Shown here: positions 30,634-41,389 of the stretch, in pieces | Layout of the letters: every line of letters begins with the position of its first letter | Position numbering within the stretch: the stretch's first letter is position 1 | NCBI GenBank assembly: GCA_963847445.1 | Contig: CAWJZV010000024.1 | Coordinates: forward strand, 160,001 to 224,000 | Reading direction: 5' to 3' | DNA: 64,000 nucleotides | DNA from: an uncultured delta proteobacterium | GTDB taxonomy: Bacteria > Desulfobacterota > Binatia > UBA9968 | Translations under genes and position numbers: made by a program | Notes under the pieces: generated by a model | The model's input: the letters and a program-made list of their open reading frames with translations, nothing else | Database searches by the model: none | Told to the model about the DNA's origin: nothing

Positions 30634-30662
30634 GTAAACCGACCGCGGCTGGCGCCGTCTAA
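30634..30662 (+). promoter_or_regulatory. Putative ECF sigma promoter (autoregulatory)
   Basis: gtAAAC-N16-CGTCtaa upstream of the operon that encodes the ECF sigma factor. Confidence 0.6.
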
Positions 30663-30702
30663 CCGGTACAGAACGTAAAAACTGGCTTAGGAGGCATTCG
30701 AT

Positions 30703-31098
30703 ATGAATACTAAATCGGTCATGGGCACCGGATTGCTCGTGGCGACTTTGGCGCTGGCAGGTTCGCCAGTAATTGCCGCGGAAACCAAGGTCACCCCGGT
30801 GGAGAAAACCGAGTTGAGACAGGACCGCAAGGAAATCCGCCAAGACCGCCGGGAGATCAAGAGCGACCGCCGAGAGTTGCGCAAGGACCGCAAAGAGCTG
30901 CGCTCTGACCGCCGCGAGTTACGCCGCGATCTCAAGCACGGCGCTAGCAAAGAAGAAATCGCCCAAGACCGCGCAGAGATCGCCCAGGGCAAGGCAGAGA
31001 TTAAAGGCGACAGGAAGGAATTGAAACAGGACCGCGTAGAACGGCGCCAGGATCGCAAAGAGCTGCGAGCCGATCGCCGCGACGCCGTAAAGAACTAA
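30703..31098 (+). CDS. Exported heptad-repeat (DRxELRx) helical protein
   Basis: Signal peptide, then ~10 repeats of a 7-aa unit (21-nt periodicity); RBS AGGAGG. Confidence 0.8.
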   Translation: MNTKSVMGTGLLVATLALAGSPVIAAETKVTPVEKTELRQDRKEIRQDRREIKSDRRELRKDRKELRSDRRELRRDLKHGASKEEIAQDRAEIAQGKAEIKGDRKELKQDRVERRQDRKELRADRRDAVKN

Positions 31099-31111
31099 CC
31101 GGGAGCCGACC

Positions 31112-31777
31112 ATGGCATGCCTTCAAGCGGCGGCAGAACTTGAATTCTTCCGCCGCCCCCTCCACACTGATGCGAGCGCGCGTGAATCGACGAAAGGCAG
31201 GACCAGCCAATTGGCGAACTCTGGGGATGAGGAGTTGGTGGCGTTGGCCCAACAGGGCGACCGCCGGGCGTTCGAAGAACTGATCGAGCGCCACAAGCAG
31301 AAGGCCTACCATATCGCCTTTGGCTTCGCCCGCGATCGCGAGGAGGCCAAGGATCTGTCGCAAGACGCCTTCTTGAAGGCGTTTATTTATTTGAAGAACT
31401 TTGACGGCCGTTCGAGTTTTTACACTTGGTTTTATCGCATCGTCGTCAACGTCTGTCTCGACTACAAGCGGCGCGCCAAGCGCACCTCCGCCGGCGAGTT
31501 TGACGAGACCATCGAGAGTCAAATGGAACCGTCCCATAATCCGGCTCGGCCGCTGGCGCCGGAGCAGCATGTGCAGGCCAGGCAGCTCTCGCGAAAAGTC
31601 GACGCCGCCCTGCAAAAACTGCCGGCGAAACAGCGCATGGCATTTATTTTGAAGAACAATCAAGGACTATCGATTAAAGAAATCGCCGCGACCATGGAAA
31701 CCGCCGAGGGCACCGTGAAAGTGCATTTGCACCGCGCGGTCACCACGCTACGGCAAAGCTTGGCGGAATTGGTCTAG
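31112..31777 (+). CDS. ECF sigma-70 family RNA polymerase sigma factor
   Basis: DEELVALAQQGDRRAFEEL, DLSQDAFLKA, SSFYTWFYRIVVN, EIAATMETAEGTVKVHLHRA. Confidence 0.95.
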   Translation: MACLQAAAELEFFRRPLHTDASARESTKGRTSQLANSGDEELVALAQQGDRRAFEELIERHKQKAYHIAFGFARDREEAKDLSQDAFLKAFIYLKNFDGRSSFYTWFYRIVVNVCLDYKRRAKRTSAGEFDETIESQMEPSHNPARPLAPEQHVQARQLSRKVDAALQKLPAKQRMAFILKNNQGLSIKEIAATMETAEGTVKVHLHRAVTTLRQSLAELV

Positions 31778-31785
31778 GAGGAATT

Positions 31786-32304
31786 ATGACGGAGCGACTC
31801 AACCCGGCAGCAAGCGCCTGCGCAGACTTGGAAGCGGACCTCGTGCTGCTTCATTACGGCGACTTGGACGGCGCCGAGCGCGCGCGGCTCCAAGCCCATG
31901 CCGCCAATTGCGCCGGCTGCTCGAGCTATTTGACCGAACTCGCAACCCTGCTGCCGCTGGCGGACACAACCGACACGCCGCCGCAAGAGTTCTGGATGAA
32001 CTATAACCGTGAGTTGCGCCACAAGATCGACGCCGCGGTTGAAAACAAATCTTGGTGGCAGAATTTCACGGCGATTTTCAGACCTGGCTACCTGCCCGCT
32101 CTGGCCACCGCCGCGGTGGTGGTCTTGGCGCTGACCTTCACTCTCGGTGGCGGCCTGTGGTCCGCCAAGAACGGCACGCCGGACGTTGAGTTGACTGAAG
32201 CGCTCCCGGTGGCGGAGAACTTGGAATTCTTCCGCGCCATGGATGTATTGGATGAATTGGATCTGCTCGAAGTCATGGACAGCCAAGGCAACAACGCTGC
32301 CTAG
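31786..32304 (+). CDS. Zinc-binding (zf-HC2/ZAS) transmembrane anti-sigma factor
   Basis: HxxxCxxC (HAANCAGC), one TM helix, immediately after the sigma gene. Confidence 0.88.
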   Translation: MTERLNPAASACADLEADLVLLHYGDLDGAERARLQAHAANCAGCSSYLTELATLLPLADTTDTPPQEFWMNYNRELRHKIDAAVENKSWWQNFTAIFRPGYLPALATAAVVVLALTFTLGGGLWSAKNGTPDVELTEALPVAENLEFFRAMDVLDELDLLEVMDSQGNNAA

Positions 32305-32316
32305 GGAAACCGGCCC

Positions 32317-32568
32317 ATGAATCACCGCAACTGGTTGCCTCTGACGCTATTGCTGGCGACCGCGCAGCCGGCACTGGGGGCGACCAAGGAAGCCCAGCTG
32401 CCGGACAAGGAGATGCTCCAGATCATGGAGTTTTTGCGCGAAATGGAAATGGTCAAGCAGATGGAAATGATGCGCGACTTAGACCATGTCGAGTCGGTCG
32501 GCGAACAGGCGAAAAATAGCGTGCCGCCAAAACCATCGCCGGTGAAAAAGAAGGAGACCCCCAAGTGA
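32317..32568 (+). CDS. Small exported hypothetical protein
   Basis: Signal peptide; acidic Met-rich helix resembling the anti-sigma C-terminus; GTGA overlap with the next gene. Confidence 0.65.
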   Translation: MNHRNWLPLTLLLATAQPALGATKEAQLPDKEMLQIMEFLREMEMVKQMEMMRDLDHVESVGEQAKNSVPPKPSPVKKKETPK

Positions 32569-33203
32569 AGCTCATTGGCAAAGCAGCGATCGCACTTGGG
32601 CTTGCGGCATACCTGCTAACTCCGCGGGCATCGAGCCAAGCGGCTCAACCCAGTGCGATGGCCGCGCAAAGCGAACAGGAAGCCGGCGAGCGCTGGGAGA
32701 AACTGTCGCCGCAGGAAAAATCGGAAATGCGCGAGCGCTACCAGCGCTGGAAAAATCTTGATCCAAAGGAAAAAGCCGACCTGCAGGACAAGTTCGACAA
32801 CTGGCGCAAACTCCCGTCGGACGAGCGGGCTGCCGCACGGAGAAATTTCGAGCGCTTTCAGAAACTCCCGCCGGAGGATCGCGAGCGCTTGCAAAAACGC
32901 TGGGAAGAGTATCGCAAGCTGTCGCCCGAACGGCGTGAAGAGATCAAACGGCGCATGCAGGCGTTGCGCGACATGTCACCAGAGAAGCGCCAGGAACTGC
33001 GCCAAAAGCTGTTGGAGCGGCGCCAGCAGCGCGTCGAAGAGAAGCTAGAGCGGCGCGAGCAGAGGCGCGAGCATTTCGACAAGATGCCGCTCCAAGAAAA
33101 GCAGGAGCTAAGGGAAAAACTTCGCGAGCGCAAAGAACAGAGCAGGTTTGAAGAAAAGCGGCGCTTCCGCGACAAGTCGCAAGGCGGCAGAGACAAGGAG
33201 TAG
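32565..33203 (+). CDS. DUF3106-like exported helical repeat protein
   Basis: Signal peptide, repeated W/F-x-x-L-[SP]-P-[EQ]-E-[KR] units. Confidence 0.8.
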   Translation: MKLIGKAAIALGLAAYLLTPRASSQAAQPSAMAAQSEQEAGERWEKLSPQEKSEMRERYQRWKNLDPKEKADLQDKFDNWRKLPSDERAAARRNFERFQKLPPEDRERLQKRWEEYRKLSPERREEIKRRMQALRDMSPEKRQELRQKLLERRQQRVEEKLERREQRREHFDKMPLQEKQELREKLRERKEQSRFEEKRRFRDKSQGGRDKE

Positions 33204-33206
33204 CCT

Positions 33207-34638
33207 TTGAACACGCCCCTCAGCCAAGAGCAAAAGATTATCCACTTTCTAAACCGCACGAGCTTCGGGCCAACTCAAGTGGAAATCCAAAGAGCCGGCC
33301 GCATCGGCACCCGCGCCTATCTTGACGAACAGCTCACGCCGGAACGGATTGCGGACAATGGCGTCGACGAAAAAATCGCGGGGTTGAAAACCATGCGGCT
33401 TAACAGCCGCGAGCTGATCGAACTCTATCCACCGCCAAGACTACAAAGACAGCAAGCCAACCAGCAGGGCGGCATGGCCATGGAGTCCATGGACGGCCCG
33501 CGCGTCGTCATCCTCGAACTGCAACAGGCCAAGCTTTTGCGCGCGCTCTACAGCAACCGTCAGCTCTACGAAGTCATGGTGGATTTCTGGGGCAATCATT
33601 TCAACATCAATATCGCCAAGGGCGCCAACCGCTGGCTGACCACTGCCTACGATCGCGACACGATCAGGCCGTTGGCTCTAGGCAAATTTAAGGATTTGTT
33701 GATGGCGACGGCAAAAAGCCCGGCGATGCTTTTTTATTTGGACAACTGGATGAGCGCCAGCCCGGATTCGCCCGGCGCCAAAATGGGCGGGCCGAACAAT
33801 CGGCGCCGCGGCTTGAACGAAAACTACGCCCGCGAGCTCATGGAATTGCATACTCTCGGCGTCGACGGCGGTTACACGCCAAAAAGATGTTCAGGAGGTC
33901 GCCCGCTGCTTCACCGGCTGGACGATCGTCCAGCCGCAGGGCCAGGGCGTGTTTCGTTTCGAGCCGCGCATTCATGACAACGGCGAAAAGACCGTCCTCG
34001 GCCAGCGCATTCCGCGCGGCGGCGGCATGGACGATGGTCTGCGCGTCATTGATATACTAGTCAAGCATCCGTCAACGGCGCACGTTCATCGCGACCAAGT
34101 TGGTCCGCCGCTTCATCGCCGACGACCCGCCGCGCGGCGATGGTCAACAAAGCCGCCGAAGCGTTTCGCCAGAGCGACGGCGATATTCCGACGGTAATGC
34201 GCGCCATCGTCGACGCGCCGGAGTTTTTCGCCGGCGAGCTCTATCAGGCCAAGATTAAAAATCCCTTCGAGTTCGTCGCCAGCGCCCTGCGGGTCACCGG
34301 CAGCGACGCCCAGGTGACGCACCAACTGTTGCGTTACTTGGGTCGCATGGGCGAACCGCTATTCCTGGCCCAAGCGCCCACCGGCTATCCCGACATCGCG
34401 GCTTCTTGGATCAGCGCCGATATGTTGCTGACGCGGATGAACTTCGTCGCCGATCTGGTCGCCAACCGTTTGCCGGGAGCCAAAGTGCCGGTAGAAACGT
34501 TGAAGAATCGCGACGGGCTCGATCCGCCGCATCGCGCCGGACTCGCTATCGCCGGCAACCCAAGCCGCCCTGGCGGAAACCGAGGGCAATCAAGCCATCG
34601 CGCTGCTGTTAGCGGCGCCGGAATTTCAAAGGAGATAG
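33207..34638 (+). CDS. DUF1800 family protein (about three frameshifts)
   Basis: HFLNRTSFGP, QLYEVMVDFWGNHFN, SPAMLFYLDN, NENYARELMELHTLGV, C-terminal APEFQRR*. Confidence 0.88.
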
Positions 34639-34640
34639 AA

Positions 34641-35858
34641 ATGAACTCCTCGCGCCGCCGATTTTTACAGTCCACCGGTTTGGGATTTCTCGCCCTGGGC
34701 TTGCCGCCAGCGTTTCTCGTGCGCATTGCGCAAGCACAAGCGGCAAAGAACAAATCTCTCGTCGTGGTGTTTCAACGCGGCGCCATGGATGGCTTGAACG
34801 TGGTCATTCCGTTCAAGGATCCGGCCTATTACCAACTGCGCCCGAACATCGCTGTGGCTGAGCCGGGAATGGGCGAAGAACGGGCCATCGATCTCGATGG
34901 CTTTTACGCGCTCCATCCGGCGTTGGCGCCGCTCAAGAGCATCTACGACAAAGGTCATCTGGGTTTTATTCAGGCAACCGGTTCGCCCGATAACACGCGT
35001 TCCCATTTCGACGCCCAGGACTACATGGAAATCGGCACGCCGGGCATTAAAAGCACGCCGGACGGCTGGCTCAACCGCTGTTTGCTGGAAAACAAGAAAA
35101 GTGAATCGCACTTTCGCGGCGTCGCCGTCACCGCGCAACTGCCGCGCATGTTGGCCGGCCGCGCACCGGCGCTTACGCTGTCGTCCATTGAGGAGTTTCG
35201 CTTCCGCAATCAAGCCTTGGGCACGGCTTTGCAGAAGCTCTACGCCAACACCCGGGACAGCGAACTCCGCTTCGGCGCCGAGAGTCTCTTTGGCGCGATG
35301 ACCGAGCTCAAACGACTCGATGCCAAAATCCCGCTCTCGGCGGAACGTTACCCGGCGGGTCGATTTGGCACAGGTCTGGCGCAGATCGCCCGCTTGATCA
35401 AAGCCGATGTCGGTTTGGAACTCGCTTTCACCGAAATCGGCGGCTGGGACACCCACGCCAACGAAGGTGGCGCCACCGGCCAGCTGGCCAACCGGCTGAA
35501 AGAATTGGGTGAAGCACTTGCGGCGTTTTACCGCGACCTCGGCGACCGGATGGACGATGTCGTCCTGCTGACGATGTCCGAGTTCGGCCGCACCGCGCGG
35601 GAAAATGGCAATCGCGGCACCGACCACGGCCACGCCAACGTCATGTTCGCCATCGGTGGCAAAGTGCGCGGCGGCAAAGTCTACGGCCGTTGGCCCGGCC
35701 TGGCGCCGGAAATGCTTAATGAAGGCAGAGACCTCGCTCTAACCACGGACTTCCGCACGGTCTGCGGCGAAGTGCTGACACGCCATCTTGGCCAGAAAGA
35801 CATGAGCAAAATCTTCCCAGGTTTTAGCGCGAGCGCAAAATTGGGACTACTAACTTAG
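34641..35858 (+). CDS. DUF1501 family protein (Tat signal)
   Basis: SRRRFLQ, VVFQRGAMDGLN, RSHFDAQ, GGWDTH, SEFGRT..N..GTDHG. Confidence 0.92.
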   Translation: MNSSRRRFLQSTGLGFLALGLPPAFLVRIAQAQAAKNKSLVVVFQRGAMDGLNVVIPFKDPAYYQLRPNIAVAEPGMGEERAIDLDGFYALHPALAPLKSIYDKGHLGFIQATGSPDNTRSHFDAQDYMEIGTPGIKSTPDGWLNRCLLENKKSESHFRGVAVTAQLPRMLAGRAPALTLSSIEEFRFRNQALGTALQKLYANTRDSELRFGAESLFGAMTELKRLDAKIPLSAERYPAGRFGTGLAQIARLIKADVGLELAFTEIGGWDTHANEGGATGQLANRLKELGEALAAFYRDLGDRMDDVVLLTMSEFGRTARENGNRGTDHGHANVMFAIGGKVRGGKVYGRWPGLAPEMLNEGRDLALTTDFRTVCGEVLTRHLGQKDMSKIFPGFSASAKLGLLT

Positions 35859-35883
35859 GAGCGCAAGATCTTGCGCCCTTTCG

Positions 35884-37701
35884 TCACTCCTGTGCGACCG
35901 TGGCAGCCGTAACCGCCGCGTCGCGTTCCTGAAAACGATACTGCAAATCGTATAAGCGCGCGTACAAGCCGCCGCGCGCCAACAATTCCTCGTGATTGCC
36001 CTCTTCCCTGATCTCACCGTTGTGAATGACGAGAATCCGGTCGGCGTGTTTGATCGTCGACAAGCGGTGCGCGACGATCAGTGCCGTGCGATTTTTCAGC
36101 AGTTCATTGAGCGCTGCTTGGATCAACCCTTCAGTGTGAGTATCCACCGAGCTGGTCGCCTCATCGAGAATGAGAATTTTCGGGTCGAAGGCGAGCGCTC
36201 TGGCGAAAGACAATAACTGGCGCTGCCCCTGCGACAAAGTCGAACCGCGCTCTTGGACTTCTTCATGGAAACGCTTGGGCAGCTTGTCGATGAACCGGGT
36301 GATCTGCGCCCGTGCCGCCGCTTCGACCATGGTCTGTTCGCTAATCCGCGGGTCACCCAAGGTAATGTTGGTCGCGATGTCGCCGGAAAAGAGAAACACA
36401 TCCTGCAACACCAGACCTAAATGGCGGCGCAGCACCTGCTTGTTCCACTCCCGGACATCGATGCCGTCGACGAGAATCTGCCCGCTGTCGACATCGTAGA
36501 AGCGGCAGAGGGCGGAGATGATCGAAGTCTTGCCGCCGCCGGTGGCGCCCACCAGTGCGATTTTTTCGCCCGGCCGCACGCGAAAAGAAATATTTCTTAG
36601 CACCGGATCGCCCGGCTGGTAGGAGAGCTGGACGTTTTTGAATTCGACCGCACCGGCGAACTTTTCAGCGCGCTTGGGTTGTCCTGGGTTCTTGACCGTC
36701 TCCGGTTGATCGAGCAAGAGAAAAATCCGTTCCGACGAGGCCATGGCGGCTTGCATGATGTTGTATTTCTCCGCCAGGTCGCGGATCGGTTGGTACATCC
36801 GCTGAATGTACTGGAGGAACGCCACCAGCACGCCGGCTTCGACGGCATGGTCCAAAACCTGAAATCCGCCGTACCAGAGCAGCAAACCGACGGAAATCGC
36901 GCTGAACACTTCGATGACCGGAAAGAATACGGCGTTGTTGCGAATGCTCTGCAACAAGACATCGCGATAGTTGAGATTGATCTGTTGAAAGCGCCGATAC
37001 ATCCGCTCCTCCTGGCCAAAGGCTTGCACCGTCGCCACGCCGGCGATGTTTTCCTGCAAGCCGGCGTTGAGCCGGCCAAGAATCAGCCGGCTCTGGCGGT
37101 AGACCTCGCGGGCGCGCCGGCGATAGAAGCGGCTGAGAAAAATAATCACCGGAAACGCCGCCAGGCAGACCAGCGCCAGTTGCCAGTTGAGCCAAAGCAT
37201 CACCGCCGCGATCCCGAAAACGATCGAGACGTCGCCGAGAAGACCGACGACGCCGGTGCTGAATAGTTCGTTCAGCGTCTCGACATCGTTGATCGTCCGG
37301 GTCATCAGCCGGCCGACGGCGTTGCGATCGAAATAGGCCAGGTCCTGCTTTTGTAAATGGCTGAAGATCTCCAGACGCAGATCATGCATCGCGCGCTGGC
37401 CGATATACTCGGTGGTGTAGGTCTGGATAAACAACACGACAAAGCCGCACACGACGACCCCGAGATAGGCCAACGCCATCAAATCGAGGCCGGGAATATC
37501 TCCGGTGGCGACATACCGGTCGATGGCAATCTTGGTGATATAGGGACCGAGTAGCTGCGTGCCGGTCTGCAGCAACAAAAAGACAAACGCCACCGCGAGC
37601 AGCTTCCAATAGGGCCGCAGGTAGCGCAGGATGCGCGCCATCAAGCGCGCGTCGTAGGCCTTGCCGAGAATCTCCTCATCGGGAAGCTGCGCGCCGATCA
37701 T
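35884..37701 (-). CDS. ABC exporter ATP-binding/permease subunit (MdlB/YheH-like)
   Basis: TM domain plus GATGGGKT, LSQGQRQL, ILILDEATSSVD. Confidence 0.93.
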   Translation of the reverse strand: MIGAQLPDEEILGKAYDARLMARILRYLRPYWKLLAVAFVFLLLQTGTQLLGPYITKIAIDRYVATGDIPGLDLMALAYLGVVVCGFVVLFIQTYTTEYIGQRAMHDLRLEIFSHLQKQDLAYFDRNAVGRLMTRTINDVETLNELFSTGVVGLLGDVSIVFGIAAVMLWLNWQLALVCLAAFPVIIFLSRFYRRRAREVYRQSRLILGRLNAGLQENIAGVATVQAFGQEERMYRRFQQINLNYRDVLLQSIRNNAVFFPVIEVFSAISVGLLLWYGGFQVLDHAVEAGVLVAFLQYIQRMYQPIRDLAEKYNIMQAAMASSERIFLLLDQPETVKNPGQPKRAEKFAGAVEFKNVQLSYQPGDPVLRNISFRVRPGEKIALVGATGGGKTSIISALCRFYDVDSGQILVDGIDVREWNKQVLRRHLGLVLQDVFLFSGDIATNITLGDPRISEQTMVEAAARAQITRFIDKLPKRFHEEVQERGSTLSQGQRQLLSFARALAFDPKILILDEATSSVDTHTEGLIQAALNELLKNRTALIVAHRLSTIKHADRILVIHNGEIREEGNHEELLARGGLYARLYDLQYRFQERDAAVTAATVAQE

Positions 37702-39509
37702 CGCTGCCCATCCTCAAGCATCAAGCTGGCGACTTCCCGTTCCAAGCTCTGGCGCCGGTACAAGCTGAAATAAGCGCCGCGCTGCGCCAGGAGTTCGTCA
37801 TGAGTACCCTGCTCGATGATCTCACCGCCGCGCAGGTAGATGATGATGTCGGCGTCGCGCACGGTCGAGATCCGGTGGGAAATCAAAAGTGTCGTCCGGC
37901 CGCGCATGAACTGTTTGAGCTCGCGCAGAATCTCTTCTTCGGTCTCGACATCGACGCTGGAAAAAGCGTCGTCAAGAATCAGAATCGGCGGATTTTTTAT
38001 CAACGCCCGCGCCAGCGCGGTGCGCTGCTTCTGTCCGCCCGACAGGCGCACGCCGCGCTCGCCGATGATGGTGTCGAAGCCGGCGCCAAAAGACTCGATG
38101 GCCGGCAGCAATTGGGCGATGCGCGACGCCTCTTCGACGCGCGCCAACGCGCCATTCTCGACGCCCAGTAAAATATTTTCTCGCACCGATCCCGAGAAAA
38201 GAAAAATATCCTGCGAGACGTAGCCGACGGCGTCCTCCAGCTGGCGTAACGGCATCCGGCGAATATCGATACCATCGATGAGAATCGAATTCTCCGCCGG
38301 CTCATAAAGCCGCAGCATAAGATTGACCAGCGTGCTCTTGCCCGATCCGGTCTCGCCGATGATGCCGCAGACCTTGCCGGCGGCAACATGCAAATTAATA
38401 TTGCGCAGCTCCGGCGCTTGGCCGGCGCCGTAGGAGAAAGTCAAATTGCGCAACTCAATATCGCCACGCACGGCCTGTGCCGTCGCCAAACTCGCAGGAC
38501 TGGCATAGCGCGCGCCGACCGGCGTATCCAGAACTTCGGCAATCCGCGTCAACGCCGCTGTGCCGCGCTGATATTGATTGGCGGTATAGCCGATCGCCAT
38601 GAGCGGCCAGGTAAGCATCGCCAGATAGCCGTTGAAAGCGACGTATTCGCCCAGGCTCATGGTTCCCGCCAATACTTGGCGCCCGCCGAGCCAGAGCACG
38701 ATGGTTGCGGCGATGCCGGCGTGGACCTGCATGAGCGGCCAGAATATCCCCCACAGCGTCGCCAGCCACATGGTCTTCTTCCGGTACTCGGAGCTGATGC
38801 GATCAAAGCCGCGGATTTGATTTTCTTCCTGAGCGTAAGCTTGAACGACCCGGATGCCGGAAAAGTTCTCCAGCGTATAGGCGCTCATCTCGCTCAGTTG
38901 ATCCTGGGTCGCGCGCGACCAGCGGAAAATATGCCGGCCGAAGAAGCGCACGACGATCGGAATGAACGGCATCGCCATCATCGACCACAAGGCCAACCAA
39001 GGATCGATAGCGATCATCAGCGTCAAACTGAAAAGAATCACCACCAGCGCATCGACGATCGCCAGCGAGCCGAATCCCATGAGCTCGCGCACCGCATGGA
39101 TGTCGTTGGTCAGGCGCGACATCAGGTCGCCGATCTTGTTGTACTGAAAATAACTGAGCGGCAGCTTCTGCAGATGGGCAAACACCACGTCGCGCAAATC
39201 GGCCTCGCAGCGGCGCGAGAAGCCATGAATATTGATGCGCCAACAGTAGCGGAAAAACCCTTGCAGCGACGCCGCGCCAAGTATCAGCAGCGGGTAACTC
39301 AGCAGCGACACGTTGCCATCCTTGGCGCGCAACGCCGTGTCGATGCCGCCCTTGATCAACCACGGCAAGGCGATGCCGGCGAGATCGGTGGCGATCAGGG
39401 AAACAACGCCGAGCAGGAGCAGCCGGCGGTAGCGGTCAATGAGAAACTTGACCCGGTGGTAGTAGCGAAGAATCTCTCTATCCTTTGGTTCGCGGTCGGT
39501 ATGCGCCAA
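37698..39509 (-). CDS. ABC exporter ATP-binding/permease subunit (MdlA/YheI-like)
   Basis: TM domain plus GETGSGKST, LSGGQKQR, degenerate ILILDDAFS. Confidence 0.93.
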   Translation of the reverse strand: MAHTDREPKDREILRYYHRVKFLIDRYRRLLLLGVVSLIATDLAGIALPWLIKGGIDTALRAKDGNVSLLSYPLLILGAASLQGFFRYCWRINIHGFSRRCEADLRDVVFAHLQKLPLSYFQYNKIGDLMSRLTNDIHAVRELMGFGSLAIVDALVVILFSLTLMIAIDPWLALWSMMAMPFIPIVVRFFGRHIFRWSRATQDQLSEMSAYTLENFSGIRVVQAYAQEENQIRGFDRISSEYRKKTMWLATLWGIFWPLMQVHAGIAATIVLWLGGRQVLAGTMSLGEYVAFNGYLAMLTWPLMAIGYTANQYQRGTAALTRIAEVLDTPVGARYASPASLATAQAVRGDIELRNLTFSYGAGQAPELRNINLHVAAGKVCGIIGETGSGKSTLVNLMLRLYEPAENSILIDGIDIRRMPLRQLEDAVGYVSQDIFLFSGSVRENILLGVENGALARVEEASRIAQLLPAIESFGAGFDTIIGERGVRLSGGQKQRTALARALIKNPPILILDDAFSSVDVETEEEILRELKQFMRGRTTLLISHRISTVRDADIIIYLRGGEIIEQGTHDELLAQRGAYFSLYRRQSLEREVASLMLEDGQR

Positions 39510-39527
39510 CGATGAAAAATTTTGATC

Positions 39528-39835
39528 TCACCACGAAGGCACGAAGGACACGAAGGGTTCAGAGAATTCGGACAATTTAAACTCCGACCTTCGTGATCTT
39601 CGTACTCCTATGCTGAATAGTTGTCTCCGTCTGCGCAAATTTTCCGGTGCCAGGAATACTAGAACGTGGGATGGACTCTCGCAAAGGCGCAAAGCTCGCG
39701 AAGTTCGGAGGGAAGAGATGAATTATCTTGAAGAATTTATTCACCGTTATTTTCCGACCTTTGCGGCCTTTGCGTCTTTGCGAGAGATATTCCGAGTTTC
39801 GGTTGCGGCTTGCCGCGCTAGGTCCTTCGTGGTGA
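39528..39835. repeat. caccacgaag palindrome carrying a 218-bp cassette (39604-39821)
   Basis: Near-identical to the reverse complement of 2208-2419. Confidence 0.88.
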
Positions 39836-39878
39836 ATGTTTTTCACCCAATTTAGCTGCAGCTCTTCCGCACTAGGGT

Positions 39879-41264
39879 CTAGTCTCGTGTCACCGCATGC
39901 TGGCTATGAATCTCCGCCCACGCGCCGTCCATGAGCTTTTCCATGACTGCGGTCAGTGACGCAAGCGGCACGCGAATCTGCTGCATGTTGTCGCGGTCGC
40001 GAATCGTTACTTTGCCATCGGCGGCGGCCTTGTCATCGCCGACGGTTTGGACGTCCACGGTGACGCAGAACGGCGTGCCGACTTCGTCTTGGCGGCGGTA
40101 GAGTCTGCCGATGGACGCCGTGTCGTCGTACACCGAATGCCAGCGCTTGCGCAGATCGGCGCACAGCTTATGCGCGGTCTCGACGATCTGAGCATTTTTC
40201 TTCAACAGCGGTAGCACCGCGATTTTGATCGGCGCCAGCTCGGGATGAAAGTTCAGCACCACGCGCTTCTCTCCCTTCACCTCGTCCTCGCGATAAGCAT
40301 CGACGAGAAACGCCAAGGTGCCGCGGTCGGCGCCGGCCGACGGCTCGATGACGAAGGGAACTATTTTTTGTTTGCTCTCTTCGTCGAAGTATTCCAGCGT
40401 CTTGCCGCTGAACTGGGCATGCTGCTTCAGATCGAAGTCGGTGCGGTTGGCGACTCCCTCCAGTTCGCTCCAACCCATCGGAAAAAGATACTCGATGTCG
40501 GCGGTGCGTTTGGCGTAATGCGCCAGTTCGTCTTTCTCATGCTCGCGCAGCCGCAGGTTCTCCTTGCGAATGCCGTATTTCGGATACCAGGCGAAGCGCT
40601 CGTCGAGCCAGCGCTGGTGCCAAGCTTCATCGGTCCCCGGCATTACGAAAAATTCAATTTCCATCTGCTCGAATTCGCGGGTGCGAAAAGTGAAATTTCC
40701 CGGCGTGATCTCGTTGCGGAAGGACTTGCCGATCTGGGCGATGCCGAAGGGCAGCTTCAAGCGCATCGATTGCTGGACATTTTCAAAATTGACGAAAATC
40801 CCCTGGGCCGTCTCCGGGCGCAGATAGGCGACCGCGGCATCGTCTTCCACCGGCCCCATGAAAGTCTTGAACATCAGATTGAACATGCGCGGTTCGGTGA
40901 GCTGGCAAGCGTCGTGCTGCCCAGGCTGTTTCGACGGCTTTTGCGGGCAACGCGCGTCCTCCAGTTTGTCGGCGCGAAAACGCCCCTTGCACAGCTTGCA
41001 ATCGACCATCGGGTCGGTGAAGTGGTCCAAATGACCGCTCGCCTGCCAGACTCGCGGATGCATCAGAATCGACGCATCGAGCCCGACCATATCGCCGCGG
41101 CTCTGCACGCAGTCGCGCCACCAAGCGCGCTTGACGTTGTTCTTGAGCTCGACCCCGAGCGGCCCATAATCCCAACAAGAGCCGGTGCCGCCATAAATCT
41201 CACTCGACTGAAAAATAAACCCGCGCCGCTTGCACAGCGACACGATCTTGTCCATTTCGACCAT
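39879..41264 (-). CDS. glyQS: Glycine--tRNA ligase, alpha2 (homodimeric) type
   Basis: [47 protein letters not shown]. Confidence 0.96.
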   Translation of the reverse strand: MVEMDKIVSLCKRRGFIFQSSEIYGGTGSCWDYGPLGVELKNNVKRAWWRDCVQSRGDMVGLDASILMHPRVWQASGHLDHFTDPMVDCKLCKGRFRADKLEDARCPQKPSKQPGQHDACQLTEPRMFNLMFKTFMGPVEDDAAVAYLRPETAQGIFVNFENVQQSMRLKLPFGIAQIGKSFRNEITPGNFTFRTREFEQMEIEFFVMPGTDEAWHQRWLDERFAWYPKYGIRKENLRLREHEKDELAHYAKRTADIEYLFPMGWSELEGVANRTDFDLKQHAQFSGKTLEYFDEESKQKIVPFVIEPSAGADRGTLAFLVDAYREDEVKGEKRVVLNFHPELAPIKIAVLPLLKKNAQIVETAHKLCADLRKRWHSVYDDTASIGRLYRRQDEVGTPFCVTVDVQTVGDDKAAADGKVTIRDRDNMQQIRVPLASLTAVMEKLMDGAWAEIHSQHAVTRD

Positions 41265-41389
41265 TAAGAAATCCTATCTAGCGATGAATGGCATTACTTT
41301 AAGGGATGCAACAAAGAGAGTCAAAAAGCGCCAAAAACCGGTTCGTGGCGGTTAATACTGCGCAATCGTGATGCCGCGGCCGCTGCGAA

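Noticed and set aside
34140-35858. 572-aa DUF1800-DUF1501 fusion ORF
   Set aside because: DUF1800 ends APEFQRR-TAG at 34638 in another frame, and DUF1501 starts at 34641 with a Tat signal.
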